This document shows, in pieces, positions 14,730-30,200 of a DNA stretch of 64,000 bases. Under the pieces are notes generated by a model. That model saw nothing but the letters and a program-made list of their open reading frames with translations. It was not told the DNA's origin and searched no databases. Position 1 is the stretch's first letter. Each line of letters starts with the position of its first letter. A program made the translations under genes and the position numbers. The stretch comes from the human T2T-CHM13v2.0 reference genome, Homo sapiens. The stretch lies in assembly GCF_009914755.1 (NCBI RefSeq), contig NC_060925.1. One strand, written 5' to 3'.

Positions 14730-16037
14730 ATGGAATCGTCATCGAATGAATTGAATGCAATCATCGAATGGTCTCGAATGGAATCATCTTCTAATGGAAA
14801 GGAATGGAATCATCGCATAGAATCGAATGGAATTATCATCGAATGGAATCGAATGGTATCAACACCAAACGGAAAAAAATGGAATTATCGAATGGAATCG
14901 AAGAGAATCTTCGAACGGACCCGAATGGAATCATCTAATGGAATGGAATGGAATAATCCATGGACTCGAATGCAATCATCATCGAATGGAATCGAATGGA
15001 ATCATCGAATGGACTCGAATGGAATAATCATTGAACGGAATCGAATGGAATCATCATCGGATGGAAATGAATGGAATCATCATCGAATGGAATCGAATAG
15101 AATTATGGAATGAAATCCAGTGTGATCATCATCGAATGGACCCGAATGGAATCATCATCCAACGGAAGCTAATGGAATCAACATCGAATGAATCAAATGG
15201 AAACACCATCGAATTGAAACGAATGGAATTATCATGAAATTGAAATGGATGGACTCATCATCGAATGGATTCGAATGGAATCATCGAATAAAATTGATTG
15301 AAATCATCATCGAATGGAATCGAATGGTATCATTGAATGGAATCGAATGGAATCATCATCAGATGGAAATGAATGGAATCGTCATAGAATGGAATCGAAT
15401 GGATTCATTGAATGGAATCAGATGGAATCATCGAATGGACTGGAATGGAATCATTGAATGGACTCGAAAGGGATTATTATTGAATGGAATTGAATGGAAT
15501 CATTGAATGGTCTCGATTGGAATCATTTTCAAATGGAATCGAATGGAATCACCGAATAGAATCGAATGGAACAATCATCGAATGGACTCAAATGGAATTA
15601 TCCTCAAATGGAATCGAATGGAATTATCGAATGAAATCGAATGGAATTATCGAATGCAATCGAATAGAATCATCGAATGGACTCGAATGGAATCATCGAA
15701 TGGAATGGAATGGAACAGTCAATGAACTCGAATGGAATCATCATTGAATGGAATCGAATGGAATCATCGAGTGGAATCGAACGGAATTATGATCAAATGG
15801 AATCGAATGAAATCATCATCAAATGGAATCAAAAATAACCATCATCAATTGGTATTGAATGGAATTGTCATCAAATGGAATTCAAAGGAATCATCATCAA
15901 ATGGAACCGAATGGAATCCTCATTGAATGGAAATGAAAGGTGTCATCATCTAATGGAATTGCATGGAATCATCATAAAATGGAATCGAATGGAATCAACA
16001 TCAAATGGAATCAAATGTAATCATTGAACGGAATTGA
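14730..16037 (+). repeat. 1308-bp unit (A/B hybrid, one 468-bp subunit lost)
   Basis: A-type markers to ~14920, then runs directly into the B end and C (pseudo-ORF starts A-type and ends ...MESNRIME); spacing 1308. Confidence 0.92.
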
Positions 16038-17345
16038 ATGGAATCGTCATAGAAAGAATTGAATGCAATCATCGAATGGTCTCGAATGGAATCAACTTCA
16101 AATGGAATGGAATGGAATCATCGCATAGAATCGAATGGAATTATCATCGAATGGAATCGAATGGAATCAACATCAATCGGAAAAAAACGGAATTATCGAA
16201 TGGAATCGAAGAGAATCATCGAATGGACCCGAATGGAATCATCTAATGGTATGGAATGGAATAATCCATGGACTCGAATGCAATCATCATCAAATGGAAT
16301 CGAATGGAATCATCGAATGGATTCGAATGGAATAATCATTGAACGGAATCGAATGGAATCATCATCGGATGGTAATGAATGGAATCATCATCGAATGGAA
16401 TCGAATAGAATTATGGAATGAAATCCAGTGTGATCATCATCGAATGGACCCGAATGGAATCATCATCCAACGGAAGCTAATGGAATCAACATCGAATGAA
16501 TCAAATGGAAACACCATCGAATTGAAACGAATGGAATTACCATGAAATTGAAATGGATGGACTCATCATCGAATGGATTCGAATGGAATCATCGAATAAA
16601 ATTGATTGAATTCATCATCGAATGGAATCGAATGGTATCATTGAATGGAATCGAATGGAATCATCATCAGATGGAAATGAATGGAATCGTCATAGAATGG
16701 AATCGAATGGATTCATTGAATGGAATCAGAACGAATCATCGAATGGACTGGAATGGAATCATTGAATGGACTCGAAAGGGATCATGATTGAATGGAATTG
16801 AATGGAATCATCGAATGGTCTCAATTGGAATCATTATCAAATGCAATCGAATGGAATCACCGAATAGAATCGAATGGAACAATCATCGAATGGACTCAAA
16901 TCGAATTATCCTCCAATGGAATCGAATGGAATTATCGAATGCAATCGAATGGAATTATCGAATGCAATCGAATAGAATCATCGAATGGACTCGAATGGAA
17001 TCATCGAATGGAATGGAATGGAACAGTCAATGAACTCGAATGGAATCATCATTGAATGGAATCGAATGGAATCATCGAGTGGAATCGAATGGAATTATGA
17101 TCAAATGGAATCGAATGTAATCATCATCAAATGGATTCAAAAATAACCATCATCAATTGGTATTGAATGGAATTGTCATCAAATGGAATTCAAAGGAATC
17201 ATCATCAAATGGAACCGAATGGAATCCTCATTGAATGGAAATGAAAGGGGTCATCATCTAATGGAATCGCATGGAATCATCATCAAATGGAATCGAATGG
17301 AATCATCATCAAATGGAATCTAATGGAATCATTGAAAAGAATTGA
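16038..17345 (+). repeat. 1308-bp unit (B-type subunit only), diverged
   Basis: Switch to B-type sequence at ~15940-15960 (GAAAGGTGTC...GGAATTGCATGG...CATAAAAT); many private substitutions. Confidence 0.9.
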
Positions 17346-18620
17346 ATGGAATCGTCATCGAATGAATTGAATGCAATCATCGAATGGTCTCGAATGGAAT
17401 CATCTTCTAATGGGAAGGAATGGAATCATCGCATAGAATCGAATGGAATTATCATCGAATGGAATCGAATGGTATCAACACCAAACGGAAAAAAACGGAA
17501 TTATCGAATGGAATCGAAGAGAATCTTCGAACGGACCCGAATGGAATCATCTAATGGAATGGAATGGAATAATCCATGGACTCGAATGCAATCATCATCG
17601 AATGGAATCGAATGGAATCATCGAATGGACTCGAATGGAATAATCATTGAACGGAATCGAATGGAATCATCATCGGATGGAAATGAATGGAATCATCATC
17701 GAATGGAATCGAATAGAATTATGGAATGAAATCCAGTGTGATCATCATCGAATGGACCCGAATGGAATCATCATCCAACGGAAGCTAATGGAATCAACAT
17801 CGAATGAATCGAATGGAAACACCATCGAATTGAAACGAATGGAATTATCATGAAATTGAAATGGATGGACTCATCATCGAATGGATTCGAATGGAATCAT
17901 CGAATAAAATTGATTGAAATCATCATCGAATGGAATCGAATGGTATCATTGAATGGAATCATCATCAGATGGAAATGAATGGAATCGTCATAGAATGGAA
18001 TCGAATGGATTCATTGAATGGAATCAGATGGAATCATCGAATGGACTGGAATGGAATCATTGAATGGACTCGAAAGGGATCATTATTGAATGGAATTGAA
18101 TGGAATCATCGAATGGTCTCGATTGGAATCATTATCAAATGGAAACGAATGGAATCACCGAATAGAATCGAATGGAACAATCATCGAATGGACTCAAATG
18201 GAATCATCCTCAAATGGAATGGAATGGAATTATCGAATGCAATCGAATAGAATCATCGAATGGACTCGAATGGAATCATCGAATGGAATGGAATGGAACA
18301 GTCAATGAACTCGAATGGAATCATCATTGAATGGAATCGAATGGAATCATCGAGTGGAATCGAATGGAATTATGATCAAATGGAATCTAATGTAATAATC
18401 ATCAAATGGAATCAAAAATAACCATCATCAATTGGTATTGAATGGAATTGTCATCAAATGGAATTCAAAGGAATCATCATCAAATGGAACCGAATGGAAT
18501 CCTCATTGAATGGAAATGAAAGGGGTCATCATCTAATGGAATCGCATGGAATCATCATCAAATGGAATCGAATGGAATCATCATCAAATGGAATCTGATG
18601 GAATCATTGAACAGAATTGA
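17346..18620 (+). repeat. 1275-bp unit (A/B hybrid with extra 10-bp and 23-bp deletions)
   Basis: Spacing 1275 = 1308 - 10 (~17960) - 23 (~18235). Confidence 0.9.
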
Positions 18621-21282
18621 ATGGAATCGTCATCGAATGAATTGAATGCAATCATCGAATGGTCTCGAATGGAATCATCTTCTAATGGAAAGGAATGGAA
18701 TCATCGCATAGAATCGAATGGAATTAACATTGAATGGACTCGAATGGAATCAACATCAAACGGAATCAAGCGGAATTATCGAATGGAATCGAAGAGAATC
18801 ATCGAATGGACTCGAATGGAATAATCTAATGGAATTGAATGGAATAATCCACGGACTCGAATGCAATCATCATCGTATAGAATCGAATGGAATCATCGAA
18901 TGGACTCGAATGGAATAATCATTGAACAGAATCGAATGGAATCACCATCGGATGGAAACGAATGGAATCATCATCGAATGGAAATGAAAGGAGTCATCAT
19001 CTAATGGAATTGCATGGAATCATCATCAAATGGAATCGAATGGAATCAACAGCAAATGGAATCAAATGGAATCATTGAACGGAATTGAATGGAATCGTCA
19101 TCCAATGAATGAATGCAATCATCGAATGGTCTCGAATGCAATCATCTTCAAATGGAATGGAATGGAATCATCGCATAGAATCGAATGGAATTATCATCGA
19201 ATGGAATCGAATGGTATCAACATCAAACGGAAAAAAACGGAATTATCGAATGGAATCGAATAGAATCATCGAATGGACCCGAATGGAATCATCTAATGGA
19301 ATGGAATGGAATAATCCACGGACTCGAATGCAATCATCGTCGAATGGAATCGAATGGAATCATCGAATGGACTCGAATGGAATAATCATTGAACAGAATC
19401 GAATGGAATCATCATCGGATGGAAACGAATGGAATCATCATCGAATGGAAATGAAAGGAGTCATCATCTAATGGAATTGCATGGAATCATCATCAAATGG
19501 AATCGAATGGAATCAACATCAAATGGAATCAAATGGAATCATTGAACGGAATTGAATGGAATCGTCATCGAATGAATTGAATGCAATCATCGAATGGTCT
19601 CGAGTGGAATCATCTTCAAATGGAATGGAATGGAATCATCGCATAGAATCGAATGGAATTATCATCGAATGGAATCGAATGGTATCAACATCAAACGGAA
19701 AAAAACGGAATTATCGAATGGAATCGAAGAGAATCTTCGAACGGACCCGAATGGAATCATCTAATGGAATGGAATGGAATAATCCATGGACTGGAAGGCA
19801 ATCATCATTGAACGGAATCGAAAGGAATCATCATCGGATGGAAACGAATGGAATCATCATCGAATGGAAATGAAAGGAGTCATCATCTAATGGAATTGCA
19901 TGGAATCATCATAAAATGGAATCGAATGGAATCAACATCAAATGGAATCAAATGGAATCATTGAACGGAATTGAATGGAATCGTCATCGAATGAATTGAA
20001 TGCAATCATCGAATGGTCTCGAATGGAATCATCTTCAAATGGAATGGAATGGAATCATCGCATAGAATCGAATGGAATTATCATCGAATGGAATCGAATG
20101 GAATCAACATCAAACGGAAAAAAACGGAATTATCGAATGGAATCGAATAGAATCATCGAATGGACCCGAATGGAATCATCTAATGGAATGGAATGGAATA
20201 ATCCGTGGACTCGAATGCAATCATCATCGAATGTAATCGAATGGAATCATCCAATGGACTCGAATGGAATAATCATTGAACGGAATCGAATGGAATCATC
20301 ATCGGATGGAAATGAATGGAATCATCATCGAATGGAATCGAATAGAATTATGGAATGAAATCCAGTGTGATCATCATCGAATGGACCCGAATGGAATCAT
20401 CATCCAACGGATGCTAATGGAATCAACATCGAATGAATCAAATGGAAACACCATCGAATTGAAACGAATGGAATTACCATGAAATTGAAATGGATGGACT
20501 CATCATCGAATGGATTCGAATGGAATCATCGAATAAAATTGATTGAAATCATCATCAAATGGAATCGAATGGTATCATTGAATGGAATCGAATGGAATCA
20601 TCATCAGATGGAAATGAATGGAATCGTCATAGAATGGAATCGAATGGATTCATTGAATGGAATCAGATGGAATCATCGAATGGACTGGAATGGAATCATT
20701 GAATGGACTCGAAAGGGATCATTATTGAATGGAATTGAATGGAATCATCGAATGGTCTCGATTGGAATCATTACCAAATGGAATCGAATGGAATCACCGA
20801 ATAGAATCGAATGGAACAATCATCGAATGGACTCAAATGGAATTATCCTCCAATGGAATCGAATGGAATTATCGAATGCAATCGAATGGAATTATCGAAT
20901 GCAATAGAATAGAATCATCGAATGGACTCGAATGGAATCATCGAATGGAATGGAATGGAACAGTCAATGAACTCGAATGGAATCATCATTGAATGGAATC
21001 GAATGGAATCATCGAGTGGAATCGAATGGAATTATGATCAAATGGAATCGAATGTAATCATCATCAAATGGAATCAAAAATAACCATCATCAATTGGTAT
21101 TGAATGGAATTGTCATCAAATGGAATTCAAAGGAATCATCATCAAATGGAACCGAATGGAATCCTCATTGAATGGAAATGAAAGGGGTCATCATCTAATG
21201 GAATCGCATGGAATCATCATCAAATGGAATCGAATGGAATCATCATCAAATGGAATCTAATGGAATCATTGAACAGAATTGA
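18621..21282 (+). repeat. 2662-bp expanded unit with four tandem copies of the 468-bp subunit
   Basis: Subunit anchors at 18621, 19089, 19556, 19975 (spacings 468, 467, 419), then 1308 bp to 21283. Confidence 0.9.
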
Positions 21283-24200
21283 ATGGAATCGTCATCGAAT
21301 GAATTGAATGCAATCATCGAATGGTCTCGAATGGAATCATCTTCTAATGGAAAGGAATGGAATCATCGCATAGAATCGAATGGAATTATCATCGAATGGA
21401 ATCGAATGGTATCAACACCAAACGGAAAAAAACGGAATTATCGAATGGAATCGAAGAGAATCTTCGAACGGACCCGAATGGAATCATCTAATGGAATGGA
21501 ATGGAATAATCCATGGACTCGAATGCAATCATCATCGAATGGAATCGAATGGAGTCATCGAATGGACTCGAATGGAATAATCATTGAACGGAATCGAATG
21601 GAATCATCATCGGATGGAAACGAATGGAATCATCATCGAATGGAAATGAAAGGAGTCATCATCTAATGGAATTGCATGGAATCATCATAAAATGGAATCG
21701 AATGGAATCAACATCAAATGGAATCAAATGGAATCGTTGAACGGAATTGAATGGAATCGTCATCGAATGAATTGACTGCAATCATCGAATGGTCTCGAAT
21801 GGAATCATCTTCAAATGGAATGGAATGGAATCATCGCATAGAATCGAATGGAATTATCATCGAATGGAATCAAATGGAATCAACATCAAACGGAAAAAAA
21901 CAGAATTATCGTATGGAATCTAAGAGAATCATCGAATGGACCCGAATGGAATCATCTAATGGAATGGAATGGAATAATCCATGGACTCGAATGCAATCAT
22001 CATCGAATGGAATCGAATGGAATCATCGAATGGACTCGAATGGAATAATCATTGAACGGAATCGAATGGAATCATCATCGGATGGAAATGAATGGAATCA
22101 TCATCGAATGGAATCGAATAGAATTATGGAATGAAATCCAGTGTGATCATCATCGAATGGACCCGAATGGAATCATCATCCAACGGAAGCTAATGGAATC
22201 AACATCGAATGAATCGAATGGAAACACCATCGAATTGAAACGAATGGAATTATCATGAAATTGAAATGGATGGACACATCATCGAATGGATTCGAATGGA
22301 GTCATCGAATAAAATTGATTGAAATCATCATCAAATGGAATCGAATGGTATCATTGAATGGAATCGAATGGAATCATCATCAGATGGAAATGAATGGAAT
22401 CGTCATAGAATGGAATCGAATGGATTCATTGAATGGAATCAGATGGAATCATCGAATGGACTGGAATGGAATCATTGAATGGACTCGAAAGGGATCATTA
22501 TTGAATGGAATTGAATGGAATCATCGAATGGTCTCGATTGGAATCATTATCAAATGGAATCGAATGGAATCACCGAATAGAATCGAATGGAACAATCATC
22601 GAATGGACTCAAATGGAATTATCCTCAAATGGAATCGAATGGAATTATCGAATGCAATCGAATGGAATTATCGAATGCAATCGAATAGAATCATCGAATG
22701 GACTCGAATGGAATCATCGAATGGAATGGAATGGAACAGTCAATGAACTCGAATGGAATCATCATTGAATGGAATCGAATGGAATCATCGAGTGGAATCG
22801 AATGGAATTATGATCAAATGGAATCGAATGTAATCATCATCAAATGGAATCAAAAATAACCATCATCAATTGGTATTGAATGGAATTGTCATCAAATGGA
22901 ATTCAAAGGAATCATCATCAAATGGAACCGAATGGAATCCTCATTGAATGGAAATGAAAGGGGTCATCATCTAATGGAATCGCATGCAATCATCATCAAA
23001 TGGAATCGAATGGAATCATCATCAAATGGAATCTAATGGAATCATTGAACAGAATTGAATGGAATCGTCATCGAATGAATTGAATGCAATCATCGAATGG
23101 TCTCGAATGGAATCATCTTCTAATGGAAAGGAATGGAATCATCGCATAGAATCGAATGGAATTATCATCGAATGGAATCGAATGGTATCAACACCAAACG
23201 GAAAAAAACGGAATTATCGAATGGAATCGAAGAGAATCTTCGAACGGACCCGAATGGAATCATCTAATGGAATGGAATGGAATAATCCATGGACTCGAAT
23301 GCAATCATCATCGAATGGAATCGAATGGAATCATCGAATGGACTCGAATGGAATAATCATTGAACGGAATCGAAAGGAATCATCATCGGATGGAAATGAA
23401 TGGAATCATCATCGAATGGAAATGAAAGGAGTCATCATCTAATGGAATTGCATGGAATCATCATAAAATGGAATCGAATGGAATCAACATCAAATGGAAT
23501 CAAATGGAATCATTGAACGGAATTGAATGGAATCGTCATCGAATGAATTGACTGCAATCATCGAATGGTCTCGAATGGAATCATCTTCAAATGGAATGGA
23601 ATGGAATCATCGCATAGAATCGAATGGAATTATCATCGAATGGAATCGAATGGAATCAACATCAAACGGAAAAAAACGGAATTATCGAATGGAATCGAAG
23701 AGAATCATCGAATGGACCCGAATGGAATCATCTAATGGAATGGAATGGAATAATCCATGGACTCGAATGCAATCATCATCGAATGGAATCGAATGGAATC
23801 ATCGAATGGACTCGAATGGAACAATCATTGAACGGAATCGAATGGAATCACCATCGGATGGAAATGAATGGAATCATCATCGAATGGAATCGAATAGAAT
23901 TATGGAATGAAATCCAGTGTGATCATCATCGAATGGACCCGAATGGAATCATCATCCAACGGAAGCTAATGGAATCAACATCGAATGAATCGAATGGAAA
24001 CACCATCGAATTGAAACGAATGGAATTATCATGAAATTGAAATGGATGGACTCATCATCGAATGGATTCGAATGGAATCATCGAATAAAATTGATTGAAA
24101 TCATCATCCAATGGAATCGAATGGTATCATTGAATGGAATCGAATGGAATCATCATCAGATGGAAATGAATGGAATCGTCATAGAATGGAATCGAATGGA

Positions 24201-27200
24201 TTCATTGAATGGAATCAGATGGAATCATCGAATGGAGTGGAATGGAATCATTGAATGGACTCGAAAGGGATCATTATTGAATGGAATTGAATGGAATCAT
24301 CGAATGGTCTCGATTGGAATCATTATCAAATGGAATCGAATGGAATCACCGAATAGAATCGAATGGAACAATCATCGAATGGACTCAAATGGAATTAACC
24401 TCCAATGGAATCGAATGGAATTATCGAATGCAATCGAATGGAATTATCGAATGCAATCGAATAGAATCATCGAATGGACTCGAATGGAATCATCGAATGG
24501 AATGGAATGGAACAGTCAATGAACTCGAATGGAATCATCATTGAATGGAATCGAATGGAATCATCGAGTGGAATCGAATGGAATTATGATCAAATGGAAT
24601 CGAATGTAATCATCATCAAATGGAATCAAAAATAACCATCATCAATTGGTATTGAATGGAATTGTCATCAAATGGAATTCAAAGGAATCATCATCAAATG
24701 GAACCGAATGGAATCCTCATTGAATGGAAATGAAAGGGGTCATCATCTAATGGAATCGCATGGAATCATCATCAAATGGAATCGAATGGAATCATCATCA
24801 AATGGAATCTAATGGAATCATTGAACAGAATTGAATGGAATCGTCATCGAATGAATTGAATGCAATCATCGAATGGTCTCGAATGGAATCATCTTCTAAT
24901 GGAAAGGAATGGAATCATCGCATAGAATCGAATGGAATTATCATCGAATGGAATCGAATGGTATCAACACCAAACGGAAAAAAACGGAATTATCGAATGG
25001 AATCGAAGAGAATCTTCGAACGGACACGAATGGAATCATCTAATGGAATGGAATGGAATAATCCATGGACTCGAATGCAATCATCATCGAATGGAATGGA
25101 ATGGAATCATCGAATGGACTCGAATGGAATAATCATTGAACGGAATCGAATGGAATCATCATCGGATGGAAACGAATGGAATCATCATCGAATGGAAATG
25201 AAAGGAGTCATCATCTAATGGAATTGCATGGAATCATCATAAAATGGAATCGAATGGAATCAACATCAAATGGAATCAAATGGAATCATTGAACGGAATT
25301 GAATGGAATCGTCATCGAATGAATTGACTGCAATCATCGAATGGTCTCGAATGGAATCATCTTCAAATGGAATGGAATGGAATCATCGCATAGAATCGAA
25401 TGGAATTATCATCGAATGGAATCGAATGGAATCAACATCAAACGGAAAAAAACGGAATTATCGAATGGAATCGAAGAGAATCATCGAATGGACCCGAATG
25501 GAATCATCTAATGGAATGGAATGGAATAATCCATGGACTCGAATGCAATCATCATCGAATGGAATCGAATGGAATCATCGAATGGACTCGAATGGAATAA
25601 TCATTGAACGGAATCGAATGGAATCATCATCGGATGGAAATGAATGGAATCATCATCGAATGGAATCGAATAGAATTATGGAATGAAATCCAGTGTGATC
25701 ATCATCGAATGGACCCGAATGGAATCATCATCCAACGGAAGCTAATGGAATCAACATCGAATGAATCGAATGGAAACACCATCGAATTGAAACGAATGGA
25801 ATTATCATGAAATTGAAATGGATGGACTCATCATCGAATGGATTCGAATGGAATCATCGAATAAAATTGATTGAAATCATCATCCAATGGAATCGAATGG
25901 TGTCATTGAATGGAATCCAATGGAATCATCATCAGATGGAAATGAATGGAATCGTCATAGAATGGAATCGAATGGATTCATTGAAAGGAATCAGATGGAA
26001 TCATCGAATGGACTGGAATGGAATCATTGAATGGACTCGAAAGGGATCATGATTGAATGGAATTGAATGGAATCATCGAATGGTCTCGATTGGAATCATT
26101 ATCAAATGGAATCGAATGGAATCACCGAATAGAATCGAATGGAACAATCATCGAATGGACTCAAATGGAATTATCCTCAAATGGAATCGAATGAAATTAT
26201 CGAATGCAATCGAATGGAATTATCGAATGCAATCGAATAGAATCATCAAAAGGACTCGAATGGAATCATCGAATGGAATGGAATGGAACAGTCAATGAAC
26301 TCGAATGGAATCATCATTGAATGGAATCGAATGGAATCATCGAGTGGAATCGAATGGAATTATGATCAAATGGAATCGAATGTAATCATCATCAAATGGA
26401 ATCAAAAATAACCATCATCAATTGGTATTGAATGGAATTGTCATCAAATGGAATTCAAAGGAATCATCATCAAATGGAACCGAATGGAATCCTCATTGAA
26501 TGGAAATGAAAGAGGTCATCATCTAATGGAATCGCATGGAATCATCATAAAATGGAATCGAATGGAATCATCATCAAATGGAATCTAATGGAATCATTGA
26601 ACAGAATTGAATGGAATCGTCATCGAATGAATTGAATGCAATCATCGAATGGTCTCGAATGGAATCATCTTCTAATGGAAAGGAATGGAATCATCGCATA
26701 GAATCGAATGGAATTATCATCGAATGGAATCGAATGGTATCAACACCAAACGGAAAAAAACGGAATTATCGAATGGAATCGAAGAGAATCTTCGAACGGA
26801 CCCGAATGGAATCATCTAATGGAATGGAATGGAATAATCCATGGACTCGAATGCAATCATCATCGAATGGAATCGAATGGAATCTTCGAATGGACTCGAA
26901 TGGAATAATCATTGAACGGAATCGAATGGAATCATCATCGGATGGAAACGAATGGAATCATCATCGAATGGAAATGAAAGGAGTCATCATCTAATGGAAT
27001 TGCATGGAATCATCATAAAATGGAATCGAATGGAATCAACATCAAATGGAATCAAATGGAATCATTGAACGGAATTGAATGGAATCGTCATCGAATGAAT
27101 TGACTGCAATCATCCAATGGTCTCGAATGGAATCATCTTCAAATGGAATGGAATGGAATCATCGCATAGAATCGAATGGAATTATCATCGAATGGAATCG

Positions 27201-30200
27201 AATGGAATCAACATCAAACGGAAAAAAACGGAATTATCGAATGTAATCGAAGAGAATCATCGAATGGACCCGAATGGAATCATCTAATGGAATGGAATGG
27301 AATAATCCATGGACTCGAATGCAATCATCATCGAATGGAATCGAATGGAATCATCGAATGGACTCGAATGGAATAATCATTGAACGGAATCGAAAGGAAT
27401 CATCATCGGATGGAAATGAATGGAATCATCATCGAATGGAATCGAATAGAATTATGGAATGAAATCCAGTGTGATCATCATCGAATGGACCCGAATGGAA
27501 TCATCATCCAACGGAAGCTAATGGAATCAACATCGAATGAATCGAATGGAAACACCATCGAATTGAAACGAATGGAATTATCATGAAATTGAAATGGATG
27601 GACTCATCATCGAATGGATTCGAATGGAATCATCGAATAAAATTGATTGAAATCATCATCCAATGGAATCGAATGGTATCATTGAATGGAATCGAATGGA
27701 ATCATCATCAGATGGAAATGAATGGAATCGTCATAGAATGGAATCGAATGGATTCATTGAATGGAATCAGATGGAATCATCTAATGGACTGGAATGGAAT
27801 CATTGAATGGACTCGAAAGGGATCATGATTGAATGGAATTGAATGGAATCATCGAATGGTCTCGATTGGAATCATTATCAAATGGAATCGAATGGAATCA
27901 CCGAATAGAATCGAATGGAACAATCATCGAATGGACTCAAATGGAATTATCCTCCAATGGAATCGAATGGAATTATCGAATGCAATCGAATGGAATTATC
28001 GAATGCAATCGAATAGAATCATCGAAAGGACTCGAATGGAATCATCGAATGGAATGGAATGGAACAGTCAATGAACTCGAATGGAATCATCATTGAATGG
28101 AATCGAATGGAATCATCGAGTGGAATCGAATGGAATTATGATCAAATGGAATCGAATGTAATCATCATCAAATGGAATCAAAAATAACCATCATCAATTG
28201 GTATTGAATGGAATTGTCATCAAATGGAATTCAAAGGAATCATCATCAAATGGAACCGAATGGAATCCTCATTGAATGGAAATGAAAGGGGTCATCATCT
28301 AATGGAATCGCATGGAATCATCATCAAATGGAATCGAATGGAATCATCATCAAATGGAATCTAATGGAATCATTGAACAGAATTGAATGGAATCGTCATC
28401 GAATGAATTGAATGCAATCATCGAATGGTCTCGAATGGAATCATCTTCTAATGGAAAGGAATGGAATCATCGCATAGAATCGAATGGAATTATCATCGAA
28501 TGGAATCGAATGGTATCAACACCAAACGGAAAAAAACGGAATTATCGAATGGAATCGAAGAGAATCTTCGAACGGACCCGAATGGAATCATCTAATGGAA
28601 TGGAATGGAATAATCCATGGACTCGAATGCAATCATCATCGAATGGAATCGAATGGAATCATCGAATGGACTCGAATGGAATAATCATTGAACGGAATCG
28701 AATGGAATCATCATCGGATGGAAACGAATGGAATCATCATCGAATGGAAATGAAAGGAGTCATCATCTAATGGAATTGCATGGAATCATCATAAAATGGA
28801 ATCGAATGGAATCAACATCAAATGGAATCAAATGGAATCATTGAACGGAATTGAATGGAATCGTCATCGAATGAATTGACTGCAATCATCGAATGTTCTC
28901 GAATGGAATCATCTTCAAATGGAATGGAATGGAATCATCGCATAGAATCGAATGGAATTATCATCGAATGGAATCGAATGGAATCAACATCAAACGGAAA
29001 AAAACGGAATTATCGTATGGAATCGAAGAGAATCATCAAATGGACCCGAATGGAATCATCTAATGGAATGGAATGGAATAATCCATGGACTCGAATGCAA
29101 TCATCATCGAATGAAATCGAATGGAATCATCGAATGGACTCAAATGGAATAATCATTGAACGGAATCGAATGGAATCATCATCGGATGGAAATGAATGGA
29201 ATCATCATCGAATGGAATCGAATAGAATTATGGAATGAAATCCAGTGTGATCATCATCGAATGGACCCGAATGGAATCATCATCCAACGGAAGCTAATGG
29301 AATCAACATCGAATGAATCGAATGGAAACACCATCGAATTGAAACGAATGGAATTATCATGAAATTGAAATGGATGGACTCATCATCGAATGGATTCGAA
29401 TGGAATCATCGAATAAAATTGATTGAAATCATCATCGAATGGAATCGAATGGTATCATTGAATGGAATCGAATGGAATCATCATCAGATGGAAATGAATG
29501 GAATCGTCATAGAATGGAATCGAATGGATTCATTGAATGGAATCAGATGGAATCATCGAATGGACTGGAATGGAATCATTGAATGGACTCGAAAGGGATC
29601 ATTATTGAATGGAATTGAATGGAATCATCGAATGGTCTCGATTGGAATCATTACCAAATGGAATCGAATGGAATCACCGAATAGAATCGAATGGAACAAT
29701 CATCGAATGGACTCAAATGGAATTATCCTCCAATGGAATCGAATGGAATTATCGAATGCAATCGAATGGAATTATCGAATGCAATCGAATAGAATCATCG
29801 AATGGACTCGAATGGAATCATCGAATGGAATGGAATGGAACAGTCAATGAACTCGAATGGAATCATCATTGAATGGAATCGAATGGAATCATCGAGTGGA
29901 ATCGAATGGAATTATGATCAAATGGAATCGAATGTAATCATCATCAAATGGAATCAAAAATAACCATCATCAATTGGTATTGAATGGAATTGTCATCAAA
30001 TGGAATTCAAAGGAATCATCATCAAATGGAACCGAATGGAATCCTCATTGAATGGAAATGAAAGGGGTCATCATCTAATGGAATCGCATGGAATCATCAT
30101 CAAATGGAATCGAATGGAATCATCATCAAATGGAATCTAATGGAATCATTGAACAGAATTGAATGGAATCGTCATCGAATGAATTGAATGCAATCATCGA

